NCBI GenBank assembly: GCA_019751815.1
Contig: JAIEMW010000004.1
Location: forward strand, 41,933 to 105,932
Source: Cyanobacteriota bacterium
Lineage (GTDB): Bacteria; Cyanobacteriota; Vampirovibrionia; Vampirovibrionales; Vampirovibrionaceae
DNA: 64,000 bases
Direction: 5' to 3'
How positions within the stretch are numbered: position 1 is the stretch's first letter; the number at the start of each line of letters is the position of its first letter. The notes under the pieces were generated by a model, which was given only the letters and a program-made list of their open reading frames with translations, did no database searches and was not told where the DNA came from. Of the stretch, positions 8,622 to 17,678 are shown in pieces. The translations under genes were made by a program, and so were the position numbers.

Positions 8622-9386
8622 ATGAGCAAACAAGCGGTTTTTAATGTATACCGAGGCAGCCAGGAAGGCGGCGACTTCCAAGAGTTTACCGTTCCCGTCG
8701 AAGAGGGCATGGTGGTTTTGGATGCCATGCACTATGTTCAAGGTTTTCTTTGCCCTGATTTAGCGGTTCGTTGGAACTGTAAAGCGGCAAAATGTGGCTC
8801 TTGCAGTGCTGAAATAAACGGAAAACCCGGTTTAATGTGCAAAACCAGGATTGACGATCTGCCAATTGAGTCCCCTGTCTCTGTGCAACCGATCAAATCC
8901 TTCCCCATTATCAAAGACCTGGTGACGGACGTGTCCTGGAACTTTGAGATGAACAAGAAAATCACACCGTTCACCCCAGACAACGAGGATGTCAGCAGCT
9001 GGCGCTACTATCAAGAAGATGTGGACCGGGTGCAGGAATTCCGCAAATGTATTGAGTGCTTTCTCTGCCAAGATGTCTGCCACGTGATTCGTAACCACGA
9101 GCAAAAGCCCAAGTTTGTGGGGCCTCGCTTCATGGTTCGCCTGGCCTCTTTAGAAATGCACCCGATGGACCGTGTGGACCGACTTCCCTTTATCAAGGAG
9201 GAAGCTGGGATCGGGCTGTGTAACATCACCAAATGCTGTACAGAGGTCTGTCCCGAAGACATTCATATTACCGACAATGCGATTATTCCGCTCAAAGAAC
9301 GGGTTGTAGACGAGTATTACGATCCTGTCGTTGGCCTGCTTCGCGGCATTGGGATTCTACCCAAGCGGAATAAGAAAAAACCCTAG
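8622..9386 (+). CDS. sdhB: succinate dehydrogenase iron-sulfur subunit
   Basis: 2Fe-2S motif CKAAKCGSCSAEINGKP and 4Fe-4S motifs CIECFLCQDVC and CNITKCCTEVCP. The ORF track starts at a TTG (8598) overlapping sdhA. The ATG at 8622 follows GAGGAGG. Confidence 0.88.
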   Translation: MSKQAVFNVYRGSQEGGDFQEFTVPVEEGMVVLDAMHYVQGFLCPDLAVRWNCKAAKCGSCSAEINGKPGLMCKTRIDDLPIESPVSVQPIKSFPIIKDLVTDVSWNFEMNKKITPFTPDNEDVSSWRYYQEDVDRVQEFRKCIECFLCQDVCHVIRNHEQKPKFVGPRFMVRLASLEMHPMDRVDRLPFIKEEAGIGLCNITKCCTEVCPEDIHITDNAIIPLKERVVDEYYDPVVGLLRGIGILPKRNKKKP

Positions 9387-9392
9387 GCAAGC

Positions 9393-10649
9393 TTAGGCAA
9401 ACTGATTCAGGCGTTTTTTGGGCGCGTTATTGTTCAAGTAGCGCGCAATTGTCCGCTGGTTGAGCGGATTTTGTTCGATGGCGGCAAAGGCGGCCTCCAC
9501 ATTTTTGAGGGCCCTGGTTTTTTCCATTGGGGTTAAAAAGGCAGCATTAACCCCGTTTCGGGTGAGTTGCTTAATTTCGTCCCACGATGTCACTTGATGA
9601 TGGGCCCACAGTTGGCCCAGTTGCTCTGTGAGTGTGATTTTTGACATCATCCGGTTATCTGTACTCAGGCTCACATTGAGTCCCTTTGAAAGCATCTCTT
9701 TTAAGGGATGATCCCCGTAGCCCTTCACCGCTTGTATTTGGACATTGCTCCAAGGGCACAGTTCAATGGGCAATCTGGCAACCTGGCTATAGGCCAGTAG
9801 TTCAGGGTCCTGCATCAGTTGAATCCCATGTCCAATCCGGTCTGCGCCCAGTGCCAGCGCTTTTTTTATTGAATCGACCCCAGACAATTGATCCGACATG
9901 GGGGTTTCACCGGCATGAACCGTCAATCCCAAACCCTGTGGTTTCCCGTACGTTTGGATATACCTGAGCGCAGCGGCATGTTTATCGACCGAATGCTGCC
10001 CCTCCGAGCCGGCCAAGTCAAAGCCACGAATTAAGGAGCCGGGTTTTCGGGAAAGTTCGACCGCCAAACGTGCTGATTCTAAAGAATCTTCAGGCGTGCC
10101 TGCCCGTTGGGCCAATATAATGAGGCTGCCCAGCATCTCAAAGCCATAATGGACTTTGGCTGCCTGCAGCCCGTCTTTTAATGCTCTCTCCACAGCCGCC
10201 ACAATCGCTTCTGGAGCGCCACCCTTTTTGAGAATACTGGTTCTGACTTCAAGCACGCGGACATTTTCTGCAGCCGCTTCGGCCACAACAGCCCGAGTTG
10301 CCCGGTAAAACTGGTCTGGGGTTTTCACATGGGCAGGGACTTTGTAATAGGTGGTCAAGAAATCATCCAAATCCACAAAGCGGTCACTGACTTTGGCCAC
10401 TTTGCTGACCTCTTTGCGAGAGAGACCGTTCTCTTTCATAAACTGCCGCAGCAATGGCAGCGGGGTAGAGCCGCCCAGATGAAGGTGCAGTTCGGTTTTT
10501 GGGACCGCATTAAAAAGTCGCTGAACCGCCAGAGGGACAGGTTCTTTGAGATCCGCATTGGGATCTCGCTTTCTTCCATGGCGCCCCGAAAAAACCAATA
10601 ATGGCGCAAAAGGCAGTTGAATGGTCTGAAATCCAGCGTTCAAGGGCAC
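9393..10649 (-). CDS. add: adenosine deaminase (adenosine/adenine deaminase family)
   Basis: Metal-binding signatures ELHLHLGGS, TVHAGE, IGHG, LSTDNRMMS. The maximal ORF runs to 10796 (TTG start) with no in-frame ATG before the HxH motif. I chose the GTG at 10649, preceded by GAGG at an 8-nt spacer. The start is uncertain. Confidence 0.7.
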   Translation of the reverse strand: MPLNAGFQTIQLPFAPLLVFSGRHGRKRDPNADLKEPVPLAVQRLFNAVPKTELHLHLGGSTPLPLLRQFMKENGLSRKEVSKVAKVSDRFVDLDDFLTTYYKVPAHVKTPDQFYRATRAVVAEAAAENVRVLEVRTSILKKGGAPEAIVAAVERALKDGLQAAKVHYGFEMLGSLIILAQRAGTPEDSLESARLAVELSRKPGSLIRGFDLAGSEGQHSVDKHAAALRYIQTYGKPQGLGLTVHAGETPMSDQLSGVDSIKKALALGADRIGHGIQLMQDPELLAYSQVARLPIELCPWSNVQIQAVKGYGDHPLKEMLSKGLNVSLSTDNRMMSKITLTEQLGQLWAHHQVTSWDEIKQLTRNGVNAAFLTPMEKTRALKNVEAAFAAIEQNPLNQRTIARYLNNNAPKKRLNQFA

Positions 10650-10834
10650 TGTCAGGGCCTCGGTCTTATTTTTAACACACTCGAAACTTTTCTTTGAGAT
10701 TTCCCGCCCCCATATTCTACGACTTCCATCGAAAAACCGGGATATTCTTCCCCGAGTTTGTAAACCCTTGTAACAACCCAGCCCACCCCCGTGCAACCAT
10801 GGCCCATGTTCGGTATTAATTACAGGAACTCATT

Positions 10835-11986
10835 GTGAGAAATGTGATGGGAATTCCTGTGAAGCTTGTTGAAAAAACAGCCCAACTACCTCAGCCAAAA
10901 CTCTCTCAACCCAGATTTGGGTGGGTAGATTCGCTGCACCGAAGCATTGAAAGCGTTGCCCCAGAATGGATGCCTGACTCGAGTTTTAAAACGTTTTTGT
11001 CCCGCAATGCCTACGAAGTCAGTTTTCATTCTCAGTCGCTTGATGTCTTTCAGCCCGGGCCCGCTCATTACATTGGACTGGATCAACTCCGCGGCAAGAA
11101 AGCGCCGGCGCACCTTAGCACGGACTACGGCGGCTTAGCCAAGTGTGAGCTTAGTGAAATCGAAGCTTTCCTCCCAGAGCATAGTATCCCCAAAGACTGT
11201 ACCTGTGTGGGTGAGATCGATCCAAATCCCTTGCCTATTTTTAGAAGCCCCGCTGCCCTAAAACATCTAACCGCCCCTCACCTAAAAGCAAACAAGGGGA
11301 AACCCTTCCAGCATAACCCATTCCAGCACAAGCCTTTTCATAGCGGGAAAAGACCAAATTTTACACCTCAGGACGATAGACCCCAAAACGTCTATGCCTC
11401 CACATTACAGGCCTATCACGAACTTGTAGCGCTGTTGCAACAATCTCGCAGAGCCCTTGCAACAGGCGATTTTCGTCAAAAACGGCAGTACCGAAACGAA
11501 TTGGTAAAGGCCAGTGCCAGGCTCGCCCATTATATTGGGGATCTCTGCCAACCCTTTCACACCCATGATGTGGACTGGAAACTGGCGGATCGAAAATTCC
11601 CCGCGGCGCACATTGCCGCTGACGGCCTCATCATTGATGATAACCAGTTCGACGTAGTCCATCGTTGGGCTTTGGCCGAGACAAGCCGGGCAAAAGAATC
11701 TCATAAAACCAACGGCCGTCTGATAAACCAAGAGAAACGAGAAGAATGGCTGGCCAACCTCTTGAATCAATCCTACCGACAATTCTTCTATTTTGTGCTG
11801 GGGGATAGGCAGGCCCGTCAACTCGCGTCTTCCCAGCCTGGAACCCCTTATTGGCAGCACTTACAAAGCCTCTGGAAGCCTTTAATCCTGACACAGCTGA
11901 CAACAGCGACAGAAGCGATGGCGACATTGTTGGAAAGCGCCTATCAAGCAGCAGGAAAACCAGATTTGACTGGTTTCTTGCAGTAG
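10835..11986 (+). CDS. S1/P1 nuclease / phospholipase C superfamily protein
   Basis: N-terminal GWVDSLH (the WGxxGH zinc-ligand motif). Central HYIGDLCQPFHTHD (HxxGDxxQPLH of P1 nuclease). Further His/Asp ligands follow. Confidence 0.55.
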   Translation: MRNVMGIPVKLVEKTAQLPQPKLSQPRFGWVDSLHRSIESVAPEWMPDSSFKTFLSRNAYEVSFHSQSLDVFQPGPAHYIGLDQLRGKKAPAHLSTDYGGLAKCELSEIEAFLPEHSIPKDCTCVGEIDPNPLPIFRSPAALKHLTAPHLKANKGKPFQHNPFQHKPFHSGKRPNFTPQDDRPQNVYASTLQAYHELVALLQQSRRALATGDFRQKRQYRNELVKASARLAHYIGDLCQPFHTHDVDWKLADRKFPAAHIAADGLIIDDNQFDVVHRWALAETSRAKESHKTNGRLINQEKREEWLANLLNQSYRQFFYFVLGDRQARQLASSQPGTPYWQHLQSLWKPLILTQLTTATEAMATLLESAYQAAGKPDLTGFLQ

Positions 11987-11999
11987 ACTGACTGAATCG

Positions 12000-12956
12000 C
12001 TAATGGGCGACTTTGGCGGGCACGGCTTCGTGGGCTTCGAGATATTTTTCTGCATCAATGGCGGCCATACATCCGCTGCCAGCAGCCGTAACGGCTTGCC
12101 GGTAACGTACATCTTGAACATCACCACAGGCGAACACCCCCTCAATGTTAGTATGGGTGGTTCCTGGTTGAACCAAAATATAGCCCGCTTCATTTAAGTC
12201 GAGTTGACCTTGGACAATGTTGGTATTGGGCTGGTGACCAATGGCAATAAACACCCCTTGTGTTGGGTATTCACTCACCACACCAGACACCGTATCTTTT
12301 AGACGAACGGCTGTAACACCGGTTTCAACAGTCCCTAAAATATCTTCGATAGCAGCATTCCAGACAAACTGAATTTTGGGATTGGCCTTGGCACGGTCCT
12401 GCATGATTTTACTGGCTCTGAGCTGATCTCGGCGGTGCACCAGGGTGACTTTATCGCAGAAACGGGTTAAGAAGTTGGCCTCTTCAACCGCGGTATCCCC
12501 GCCACCAACCACCACCACTTCTTTTCCTCTAAAAAAGAATCCATCACACGTGGCACAGGCAGAAACCCCGTGGCCCATCAGACGGGTTTCTGATTCTAAA
12601 CCGAGCAATTTTGCCGAAGCGCCTGTGGAAATAATCACCGTTTCGGCCAAGACTGTCTGCTCATCCGTCTGAACCCGGAAAGGGCGGACAGAGAAATCAA
12701 CAGCCGTCACATAGTCTGAGACCAGTTCTGTACCAAAACGTGCGGCTTGAGCCTTAAATTTCTCCATTAATTCTGGCCCCATAATTCCCTCGGGAAATCC
12801 AGGATAATTTTCCACATCCGTCGTAATGGTTAATTGCCCACCTGGCTGGAGTCCCTCAAAAAGAATGGGTTTAAGATTGGCGCGAGCAGCGTAAATAGCT
12901 GCGGTATAACCCGCTGGTCCTGACCCAATAATGACGACTTTATAGACGTCCGACAT
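12000..12956 (-). CDS. trxB: thioredoxin-disulfide reductase
   Basis: FAD motif [13 protein letters not shown]. Redox-active CATC ([21 protein letters not shown]). NADPH-binding [10 protein letters not shown]. Confidence 0.9.
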   Translation of the reverse strand: MSDVYKVVIIGSGPAGYTAAIYAARANLKPILFEGLQPGGQLTITTDVENYPGFPEGIMGPELMEKFKAQAARFGTELVSDYVTAVDFSVRPFRVQTDEQTVLAETVIISTGASAKLLGLESETRLMGHGVSACATCDGFFFRGKEVVVVGGGDTAVEEANFLTRFCDKVTLVHRRDQLRASKIMQDRAKANPKIQFVWNAAIEDILGTVETGVTAVRLKDTVSGVVSEYPTQGVFIAIGHQPNTNIVQGQLDLNEAGYILVQPGTTHTNIEGVFACGDVQDVRYRQAVTAAGSGCMAAIDAEKYLEAHEAVPAKVAH

Positions 12957-13215
12957 GGCTAACTCCTGTGTAAGGATGGTGACAGAATTACATTGGCGTT
13001 GGCCATTCTAGCGAAAATGGTTTTAAATGGCAAAGAATCTAATGGTAAGACAAGAAATATTAAGAGATGTACAAACCCACGTTTAAGCAATTCCACATGA
13101 TGGCATAACACCTTCAGTTGAAGTATGGAGTGAGGCCTTTTTCTAGCATCTAGAGAAAAGCATCTCATTCTGATGATTCATGTTGTGTGTGTGTTGGTAA
13201 GCTAGGAGTGTGTGA

Positions 13216-13452
13216 ATGAAAAAATTACATGATCTCGGATTACGTTTGGCTGCAAAGTCTTCTGTATTAACGCATCAGTGGACAAACAAAAAAGTAAAAG
13301 GCCAAGGGGTGATTGAATATGCCGGCGCCTTGGTGATTGCCGCTGTGCTTGTTGCTGCCGTCCTTGCTGTAGGACCTGCGGGTATTACCAATATTTTTAA
13401 CACCATTATGACCAGTGTCCAAACCTTCTTTACGGGTCGTCTCCCGACATAA
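13216..13452 (+). CDS. flp: Flp-family type IVb pilin
   Basis: Flp motif KG|QGVIEYAGALVIAAVLVAAV (cleavage after Gly, then Glu-Tyr and a hydrophobic stretch). AGGAG RBS 8 nt upstream. Confidence 0.7.
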   Translation: MKKLHDLGLRLAAKSSVLTHQWTNKKVKGQGVIEYAGALVIAAVLVAAVLAVGPAGITNIFNTIMTSVQTFFTGRLPT

Positions 13453-13549
13453 ATAAGCACTTTAAAAAACGAACGATCGTACTCATATTCGACGTACTGG
13501 CATGCAACCGCATGTCTGGAAACAATTTCTTGCGATAGGTTAGAAGCTA

Positions 13550-14011
13550 ATGAAAAAAATCTTGAGAAAACGACATCAAGGCCAGGCCATTTTTGAATTA
13601 ATCCTCGGGATTATCATGTTTGTGCTGATGTCGGGTGCCATCATCAGTATTAGTACCTATTTATTTGTCCAACATGCGGTTGTCAGTGCGGTCAGAGAAG
13701 GGGCTCGATCTGCATCATTTAACAGTGATTTAGCCAGTAGTAACCCTCAAACAGGGATAGATGCGGTCAGAATTGCAGTGCAAAATTTTATGACACAGAC
13801 CACAGGGATTAATCTCACCACAGGGATGATTACGGTCATTCCTCCGGATCCTGCGGGAACATTTGGCCAACGATCGGTCAGTGTCACGATACGTTATCCA
13901 ATGCCTAACCCCCTCCCCATTGGGGCCTTTATGAGTGCACTGGGTGCAAACGGAACCCCATTCAATCAGTTTAATGTTGTGGCAAGAGCCGTGATGCGCT
14001 ACGAAGAATGA
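13550..14011 (+). CDS. tadE: TadE/TadG-like pilus assembly (pseudopilin) protein
   Basis: N-terminal GQAIFELILGIIMFVLMSGAI TM anchor, followed by a TadE-like region (AVREGARSA). Confidence 0.65.
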   Translation: MKKILRKRHQGQAIFELILGIIMFVLMSGAIISISTYLFVQHAVVSAVREGARSASFNSDLASSNPQTGIDAVRIAVQNFMTQTTGINLTTGMITVIPPDPAGTFGQRSVSVTIRYPMPNPLPIGAFMSALGANGTPFNQFNVVARAVMRYEE

Positions 14012-14240
14012 AAATAAAGAGAATAAAAAATCAAATTAAAAAATAGAGCGAGAAAAAACCTTACATGAACAAAGATGAAGCAAAATAAGCCTTCTTTAAC
14101 CTCGGTCCAGCAGTGTGTGTTAAGCTAGTAAATGGCTGAATGCCACTCCCTAAAGGAGTATTTCTGACAATCCACCAAGCGAATATTTGTTGAGCCAGTA
14201 AAAGTTGAGTTAGTGTTGTAACGATTAGGATTCTTGATTA

Positions 14241-15353
14241 ATGGGCCCACTTCCACTAAAAACGGGGCACCTGTTCTTGCTAGGCGCGTTTATTATGGCC
14301 ATTATCACAGGTTCTGTTCTATTGAACCTGTCCAAAAGCAAAACTCAGGATCAGACCACTAAACCGCCCAGCAAGACAACTGCCATTGTTGTTGCTGCTC
14401 AGTCCGTTTCGACAGGGACCTTACTGAGCACTGAGCATCTTCGTTACATGGAATGGCCTATTGAACTCCTGCCAAAGGGACACTATTTTACGTCTTTGGG
14501 AGAACTCTCGGGCAGGGTGGCTAAAACACCTTTTCTGGCAGGTGAGCCCATTGTGGCGGAGAAAATTTCAGGCAACCGATCTCAGGGAGGTCTGCAAGTC
14601 CTCATCCCGCCTGGGATGAGGGCGGTGTCGGTTAAAGTAGATGAAGTGAAAGCTGTCGCTGGTTTTGTAAAGCCAGGAGACCGTGTTGATGTATTGGCGG
14701 TGTTTGATGTGGATGTCGATAAGGCCAGCGGAGAAGACCAGGTGAAAGAGAGAGTCAATGTAGTCCGAACCGTGATCCAAAATGCCTTGGTGGTTGCAGC
14801 AGCCCAGAGTATGGTTCGTAATTTTGAGTCTGACTCTTCAGGAAGAGAAACCATGCAAAAACCCGGTATGAATTCTTTTGATTCTGATAACCTAGGCCCG
14901 CATCCCAAGCAGCGCCTTAATGAAATGGACGGGGTTAATGCCCCGCAATCTGGCAGTAATATTTCTGAGGTCCCTGCTGCGCCTGAACCAAAAAAATCTG
15001 CAGAAGATATGGCCAGAGACCGCCGAGAGGCAATGAAAGATCAAGAAGATCGAGATCGAAAAGCTCGGCAAATCTCTTCTGTCACTCTGGCACTCACTCC
15101 TGAACAAGTTGAAGCCTTAACATTGGCAGAAGAAACAGGCCATATTCGCTTGGTGCTTAGAAATGAGAATGACGCGATTCAGCAACCAACAAAAGGAATC
15201 TCAAGTCCCGAACTCATACTCAAAAACATTGGTCCCCTCAATTACAGCTGGAACAAGCTCACACAAGGGAAAAAATTGAGTTCAAGTAATCGCTATGTGG
15301 GGCCCCAGGTGGAATTTGTGCAAGGCAGCAACCGTAATTTTGTGAATTTTTGA
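14241..15353 (+). CDS. cpaB: Flp pilus assembly protein CpaB/RcpC
   Basis: N-terminal TM helix plus SAF-like domain (AIVVAAQSVSTGTLLSTEHL), then a CpaB C-terminal beta-domain. There is an acidic, disordered insert. Confidence 0.75.
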   Translation: MGPLPLKTGHLFLLGAFIMAIITGSVLLNLSKSKTQDQTTKPPSKTTAIVVAAQSVSTGTLLSTEHLRYMEWPIELLPKGHYFTSLGELSGRVAKTPFLAGEPIVAEKISGNRSQGGLQVLIPPGMRAVSVKVDEVKAVAGFVKPGDRVDVLAVFDVDVDKASGEDQVKERVNVVRTVIQNALVVAAAQSMVRNFESDSSGRETMQKPGMNSFDSDNLGPHPKQRLNEMDGVNAPQSGSNISEVPAAPEPKKSAEDMARDRREAMKDQEDRDRKARQISSVTLALTPEQVEALTLAEETGHIRLVLRNENDAIQQPTKGISSPELILKNIGPLNYSWNKLTQGKKLSSSNRYVGPQVEFVQGSNRNFVNF

Positions 15354-15382
15354 TCTGCGCCAACCCAGACAAAGGACACGAC

Positions 15383-17638
15383 ATGTTTCAGATATTCAAT
15401 TCATTCAATAAACGCTCTCTAAAAACAGGTATTGCGAGCACACTGTGTATCGCGTTGATTCAACATATCTGTCTGGCTGCTAGCTCTGTCAATTCTATTC
15501 CAACGGGTGTGGTTTCTTTTGCTAATGCCAACACTGTGGATGCGATGCTGAAAAAAAGTAGCGGCCCTCTTCATGCAAAATCGGATTTAATTCAGTCTCA
15601 TTTGGCAATGCAGCTAGCCTTAAGCACTGTAAAAAAGCAGCATCTGAGTGATTTAGTGACTAACAATTCTCAACAAATGCCAGTGAAGAATACAAACTCT
15701 GCGAAAAAACTCGTTAAAAGTATACCCAGTGCCTCTTCTAGTGTGCTGGCATTAAACACCAGTAGTTCTGTGGTGATCAAAACCAGTATTTCAAAAACAT
15801 TGGATACGATTGATGTTCCCGTGGGGAAAGCCAGTATTATTACGCTAAAGCGTCCGGCAGCCCGTGTCACAATTAGCGACCCCAATATTGCCAGTGCGCT
15901 TATTTTATCGCCAACACAAATTCAAATTGTTGGCAGCAAAGTGGGTGTTGCCAATCTCGTCCTCTGGGAAAATATTGGCAACAGTCACTATTCGATGATT
16001 GATCTCAATATTCACCGAGATGTGTCTAACTTAACACGCCAGTTAAAACAATTAGACCCCAGGCTGAATGTAGAACCTATCGCTGCCAATGATACGGTGA
16101 TTTTATCAGGCGATGCCGAATCGATGGAATCTCGTCAAATGGCTGTCGATTTGGCAAGAAGTTACTTCCAAGGCAGTGATAGTGGCGGCGCTTCTTCACC
16201 CTCTTCTCAAGGTGCTTCCGGCAATAATTCGGGTGGAAATTCAGCTTCTTCTGGTAGTTCTGGTTCCAGTAACTCTTCTAGCAGTGGCGCCAGTTCAGGC
16301 TCTTCATCATCTTCTGGGGGGAGCAGTGGCGCTCAAACTAGCAGTGGCTCTACTGGGACATCACGGGGTCTGCAAGGGAATAACAGTTTTTCTCCCGGCT
16401 CCTCTATGCCGGGTTCTGTTCCTAAAATTATTAATTTGATTCGAGTGCCCGGTATTCCCTCTACCAAAGCTGCACTGGTTCAACAGAAGTTACTCGCCAT
16501 CGATCCCAACATCAAGATGGATGTTATTCCAGGGGCAGATGGGGTCGAAAAAGTGATCTTAACCGGACGCGTCAAGAATTCTTCGACGATTTCCAAAGCA
16601 ATTAATACAGCCAGTATTTTTTACGGCACACCGGGAATCAAGGTTTTAACTGGTCCTGGCGGAAACGGCGTCCGTTCTTCTGGAAGTGCTGATTTTCAAG
16701 ATGATAAGAAATTCAGTGATAATGTTGATATTAATATTTTGCAAGGGTCCGTCATCGCAGACTCTTCTGGCAATGTGATCAGCATGATGCAGGTGGCGTA
16801 TCGTCCTCAGATCCGGTGCAAAATTAAATTTTTAGATATCTCTCGAGTGGCCCTAAATCAGATTGGCCACAATTTAATCGCCAATTTTAATGATGTTCAA
16901 TTAGGAACATTTAACGGCAGTCAATCCCCTGCGACCGGAAAAAGTATCGCCTCATTCGATCCCAAGAATACAGGACAAGTCATTTCTAATGCCATTACCC
17001 GCTCTAACAGTGGAACCAGTACGCAGAGTAGGTCACAAACCTTCTCGATCAATCCCGTTTATGGGGACGGTGTGACACAGTTTATCAGTGTCAATCAAAG
17101 ACTGGGCGCGGTGATTAGCGCTTTAACAGAAAAACGCAAAGCGAGATCTCTAGCCGAACCCACGCTCACATTGCTGAGTGGTGAAAAGGCGAGTTTTCTG
17201 GCCGGCGGAGAAGTGCCTGTGCCTGTTCTTGGCTCTAATGGTCAAATTAATGTGCAGTATAAAGAATTTGGTATTCGGTTAAATATTATTGCGACCATTA
17301 CTGAAGATGAAAAAATTCATCTTCAGGTCTCCCCCGAGATTAGTGAGCGTGACGATAATAATTCGATTACCACCAATATTGTGACTGTTCCTGGTTTTAG
17401 GACCCGTCGACTCCAAAGCACGTTGGAGCTTAGAACCGGTGAAAGCTTTGTGATGGGCGGGCTATTCAGTCAAGTCGATCAAGAAAATTTTAGTGGCTTT
17501 CCCGGGCTAGGAACATTACCAGTGATTGGTAGTTTTTTTAGAAATAAAAATAGCAATAAAACTGACAGTGAGATGATTGTGATTGTGCAACCTGAAGTGA
17601 TGATGGTAGAAAACGATCTGCTTCCAGTAACAAAATAA
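15383..17638 (+). CDS. cpaC: Tad secretin CpaC/RcpA with a Ser/Gly-rich low-complexity insert
   Basis: Secretin C-terminal domain (LAEPTLTLLSGEKASFLAGGEVPVPV...TRRLQSTLELRTGESFVMGGL). The ORF track starts at a TTG (15350) overlapping cpaB. The ATG at 15383 has an AAGGA RBS and a signal peptide. Confidence 0.8.
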   Translation: MFQIFNSFNKRSLKTGIASTLCIALIQHICLAASSVNSIPTGVVSFANANTVDAMLKKSSGPLHAKSDLIQSHLAMQLALSTVKKQHLSDLVTNNSQQMPVKNTNSAKKLVKSIPSASSSVLALNTSSSVVIKTSISKTLDTIDVPVGKASIITLKRPAARVTISDPNIASALILSPTQIQIVGSKVGVANLVLWENIGNSHYSMIDLNIHRDVSNLTRQLKQLDPRLNVEPIAANDTVILSGDAESMESRQMAVDLARSYFQGSDSGGASSPSSQGASGNNSGGNSASSGSSGSSNSSSSGASSGSSSSSGGSSGAQTSSGSTGTSRGLQGNNSFSPGSSMPGSVPKIINLIRVPGIPSTKAALVQQKLLAIDPNIKMDVIPGADGVEKVILTGRVKNSSTISKAINTASIFYGTPGIKVLTGPGGNGVRSSGSADFQDDKKFSDNVDINILQGSVIADSSGNVISMMQVAYRPQIRCKIKFLDISRVALNQIGHNLIANFNDVQLGTFNGSQSPATGKSIASFDPKNTGQVISNAITRSNSGTSTQSRSQTFSINPVYGDGVTQFISVNQRLGAVISALTEKRKARSLAEPTLTLLSGEKASFLAGGEVPVPVLGSNGQINVQYKEFGIRLNIIATITEDEKIHLQVSPEISERDDNNSITTNIVTVPGFRTRRLQSTLELRTGESFVMGGLFSQVDQENFSGFPGLGTLPVIGSFFRNKNSNKTDSEMIVIVQPEVMMVENDLLPVTK

Positions 17639-17678
17639 GTTCTATTTCCCTCAATAAATCCAAATAAAAAAGCGTTGA

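Noticed and set aside
16113-16439. 108-aa ORF antisense to the Ser/Gly-rich region of cpaC
   Set aside because: It is generated by the low-complexity AGC/GGC repeat and encodes an Ala/Leu/Val-rich nonsense peptide. The secretin frame is continuous.
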